Part shown: positions 62,622 through 64,000 of the stretch, piece after piece | How the letters are laid out: each line of letters begins with the position of its first letter | Numbering within the stretch: position 1 is the first letter of the stretch | From: an uncultured Acidobacteriota bacterium | GTDB lineage: Bacteria > Acidobacteriota > Vicinamibacteria > Fen-336 | Length of the DNA stretch: 64,000 nucleotides | NCBI GenBank assembly: GCA_963720545.1 | Contig: OY970399.1 | Span: forward strand, 448,001 to 512,000 | Direction: 5' to 3' | Position numbers and translations under genes: made by a program | Notes under the pieces: generated by a model | The model's database searches: none | Seen by the model: only the letters and a program-made list of their open reading frames with translations | Told to the model about the DNA's origin: nothing

Positions 62622-64000
62622 TCAGTTCGTGGGGCAGGTGCCGGCGCAGCCCGGTTCGCCCGGGTCCACGTGGCGGCTGTTGCGGCCATCGTGCGCCGGG
62701 TTCACGAAGGGAAAGGCGCCGCGGCCGGGCAGGTCGTTGAGGTTGACGCCGTCGCCGATGCGGGTTGCGAAGCGCACGGGATCCGCGAGGATGCCGCCCA
62801 CGGCGCGGGCCGCGATGTCGGTCACGTCGTCGTTGGGCCGGCGGCCGTTCGGGAAGCCAGCGGGGTCGTCATTCGCGGGATCGGTGTCGAGCAGCGTCAG
62901 GAGGCCGAGCCGCTTCTGCGACGCAAGCGGTGTCGGCGGTATGCCTGTGTTGATGCGGAGCAGATCGGCGATCGCTCCCTGCGGCGTGCCCGCCGGCACG
63001 ATCGGGCCGGTATACGTGACGAGCGGCAGCAGGTCGTTGCGGGGAGCCGGCGGTACCGGAATGCCGAGCGTGCCGAACACCGTCGCGAGCAGCGGGTCGA
63101 GGACGAAGGCGGCAAACTGCGCGTCGTTGCGCGGGTCGTCCATGCTGAAGCGGTCCTTCGATCCGGTGCCGATGATGAGCTCGTTGACGAGCGGGTTGCC
63201 CATGCGCTGCACCTGGCTCCACAGGCCCAGGTCCCGCGCGGTGCGCGGTGCGCGGCGCACGGTGATCTGGCGCCTCGAGGTGGAACCGTAAGTGCCGAGA
63301 AGTGCCGCGCGCTCCGTTGAGGCATGGCGCCGGCCGTCTTTCGTCAGCAGCGTGACGGGGACCTCGATCGCGATGGTATTGACGTTGTAACCGGACACGT
63401 CGTCGGGCGCGGTGCTGGTCGCGTCGTCCTGGTCCTGTGCGGCCGAGAGCACGCCGCCGCCGGCCTCGGCGCGGAAGTTGAGCGAGTCGAAGGCGGCGCC
63501 GAGGTCGATATAGAAGTTGTCGTCGGTGGTGCCGGCGAAGACTTTGACGCCGCGGCCGAGGTTGTAGATGCCCTGTTCGAACAAACCGCCCGGGTCGGTA
63601 TAAGCGGGCATGGTGCGCGGTCCCGCGTTCGAAGGCACCGCGTAGAGGGTGCGTCCGCCGGTCAGGTCAACGCGCGTGCCGTCGCGCACCAGCGTGACCG
63701 AGTACGACTGTCGCAGGCCCAGGCCCTCGGAACCGCTCCCGCTCAGCTGTGTGATCGGCGCAATTCCGGCGATCCCGCCCACGGCCGTCGTGAAGACTCC
63801 GGGATTGCGGATCTCGGTCTTGAAGCGCACTTCGAACTTCACGTCCTCGGCGATGCCGTCCTGGTTGTTGTCTACGTGGAACGTGTAGAGGATGCCGGGA
63901 TCGAACGGAAAGTAGTTCGGTCCGTTCGCCGGCTCGAGCAAGGGATCCACGCACAGGATCATCGTCACCTTGCCCGGGTTGTCGTAGCTGACGAACGTGT
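62622..64000 (-). CDS. DUF4331-domain protein, 5'-truncated by window edge
   Basis: GPNYFPFDP, VFAG..DD.FYIDLG..FD, GYNVNTIAIEVP, QVQRMGNPLVNE, GFPNGRRPNDDVTD. Confidence 0.88.
   Translation of the reverse strand, partial: TFVSYDNPGKVTMILCVDPLLEPANGPNYFPFDPGILYTFHVDNNQDGIAEDVKFEVRFKTEIRNPGVFTTAVGGIAGIAPITQLSGSGSEGLGLRQSYSVTLVRDGTRVDLTGGRTLYAVPSNAGPRTMPAYTDPGGLFEQGIYNLGRGVKVFAGTTDDNFYIDLGAAFDSLNFRAEAGGGVLSAAQDQDDATSTAPDDVSGYNVNTIAIEVPVTLLTKDGRRHASTERAALLGTYGSTSRRQITVRRAPRTARDLGLWSQVQRMGNPLVNELIIGTGSKDRFSMDDPRNDAQFAAFVLDPLLATVFGTLGIPVPPAPRNDLLPLVTYTGPIVPAGTPQGAIADLLRINTGIPPTPLASQKRLGLLTLLDTDPANDDPAGFPNGRRPNDDVTDIAARAVGGILADPVRFATRIGDGVNLNDLPGRGAFPFVNPAHDGRNSRHVDPGEPGCAGTCPTN

Overview
High-GC bacterial chromosomal window; gene order (rplM-rpsI-rpsB-tsf-pyrH-frr; tRNA-Val-thrS-infC-rpmI-rplT-pheS-pheT-zapB-like-zapA-6S-thiL) and protein styles suggest Acidobacteriota (inference). 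Mostly core genome: translation genes, an SOS-like cluster (lexA, DUF3467, deviant DinB, nth), envelope genes (bamD, LysM, five GT-C-like membrane proteins), two ECF sigma/anti-sigma modules and a beta-propeller sensor fused to a Ser/Thr kinase. Several genes are broken by single indels or a stop, probably assembly errors. The best unexplained signals are non-coding: (i) a 3.7 kb integrase-less island in tRNA-Ala(CGC), bounded by a 40-bp direct repeat, carrying phage-like fragments, a 14-repeat Kelch protein and a gap-free four-way-junction structure at 53723-53807; (ii) two ~11-bp-phased arrays of DnaA-box-like 9-mers at 48138-48202 and 51750-51825; (iii) a DinB homologue with Val at the steric gate; (iv) a CutF/CruR-like Cys-rich upstream ORF before a CxxCxC barrel gene; (v) many apparently leaderless genes. 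All calls come from reading motifs by eye; no searches or folding programs were run.
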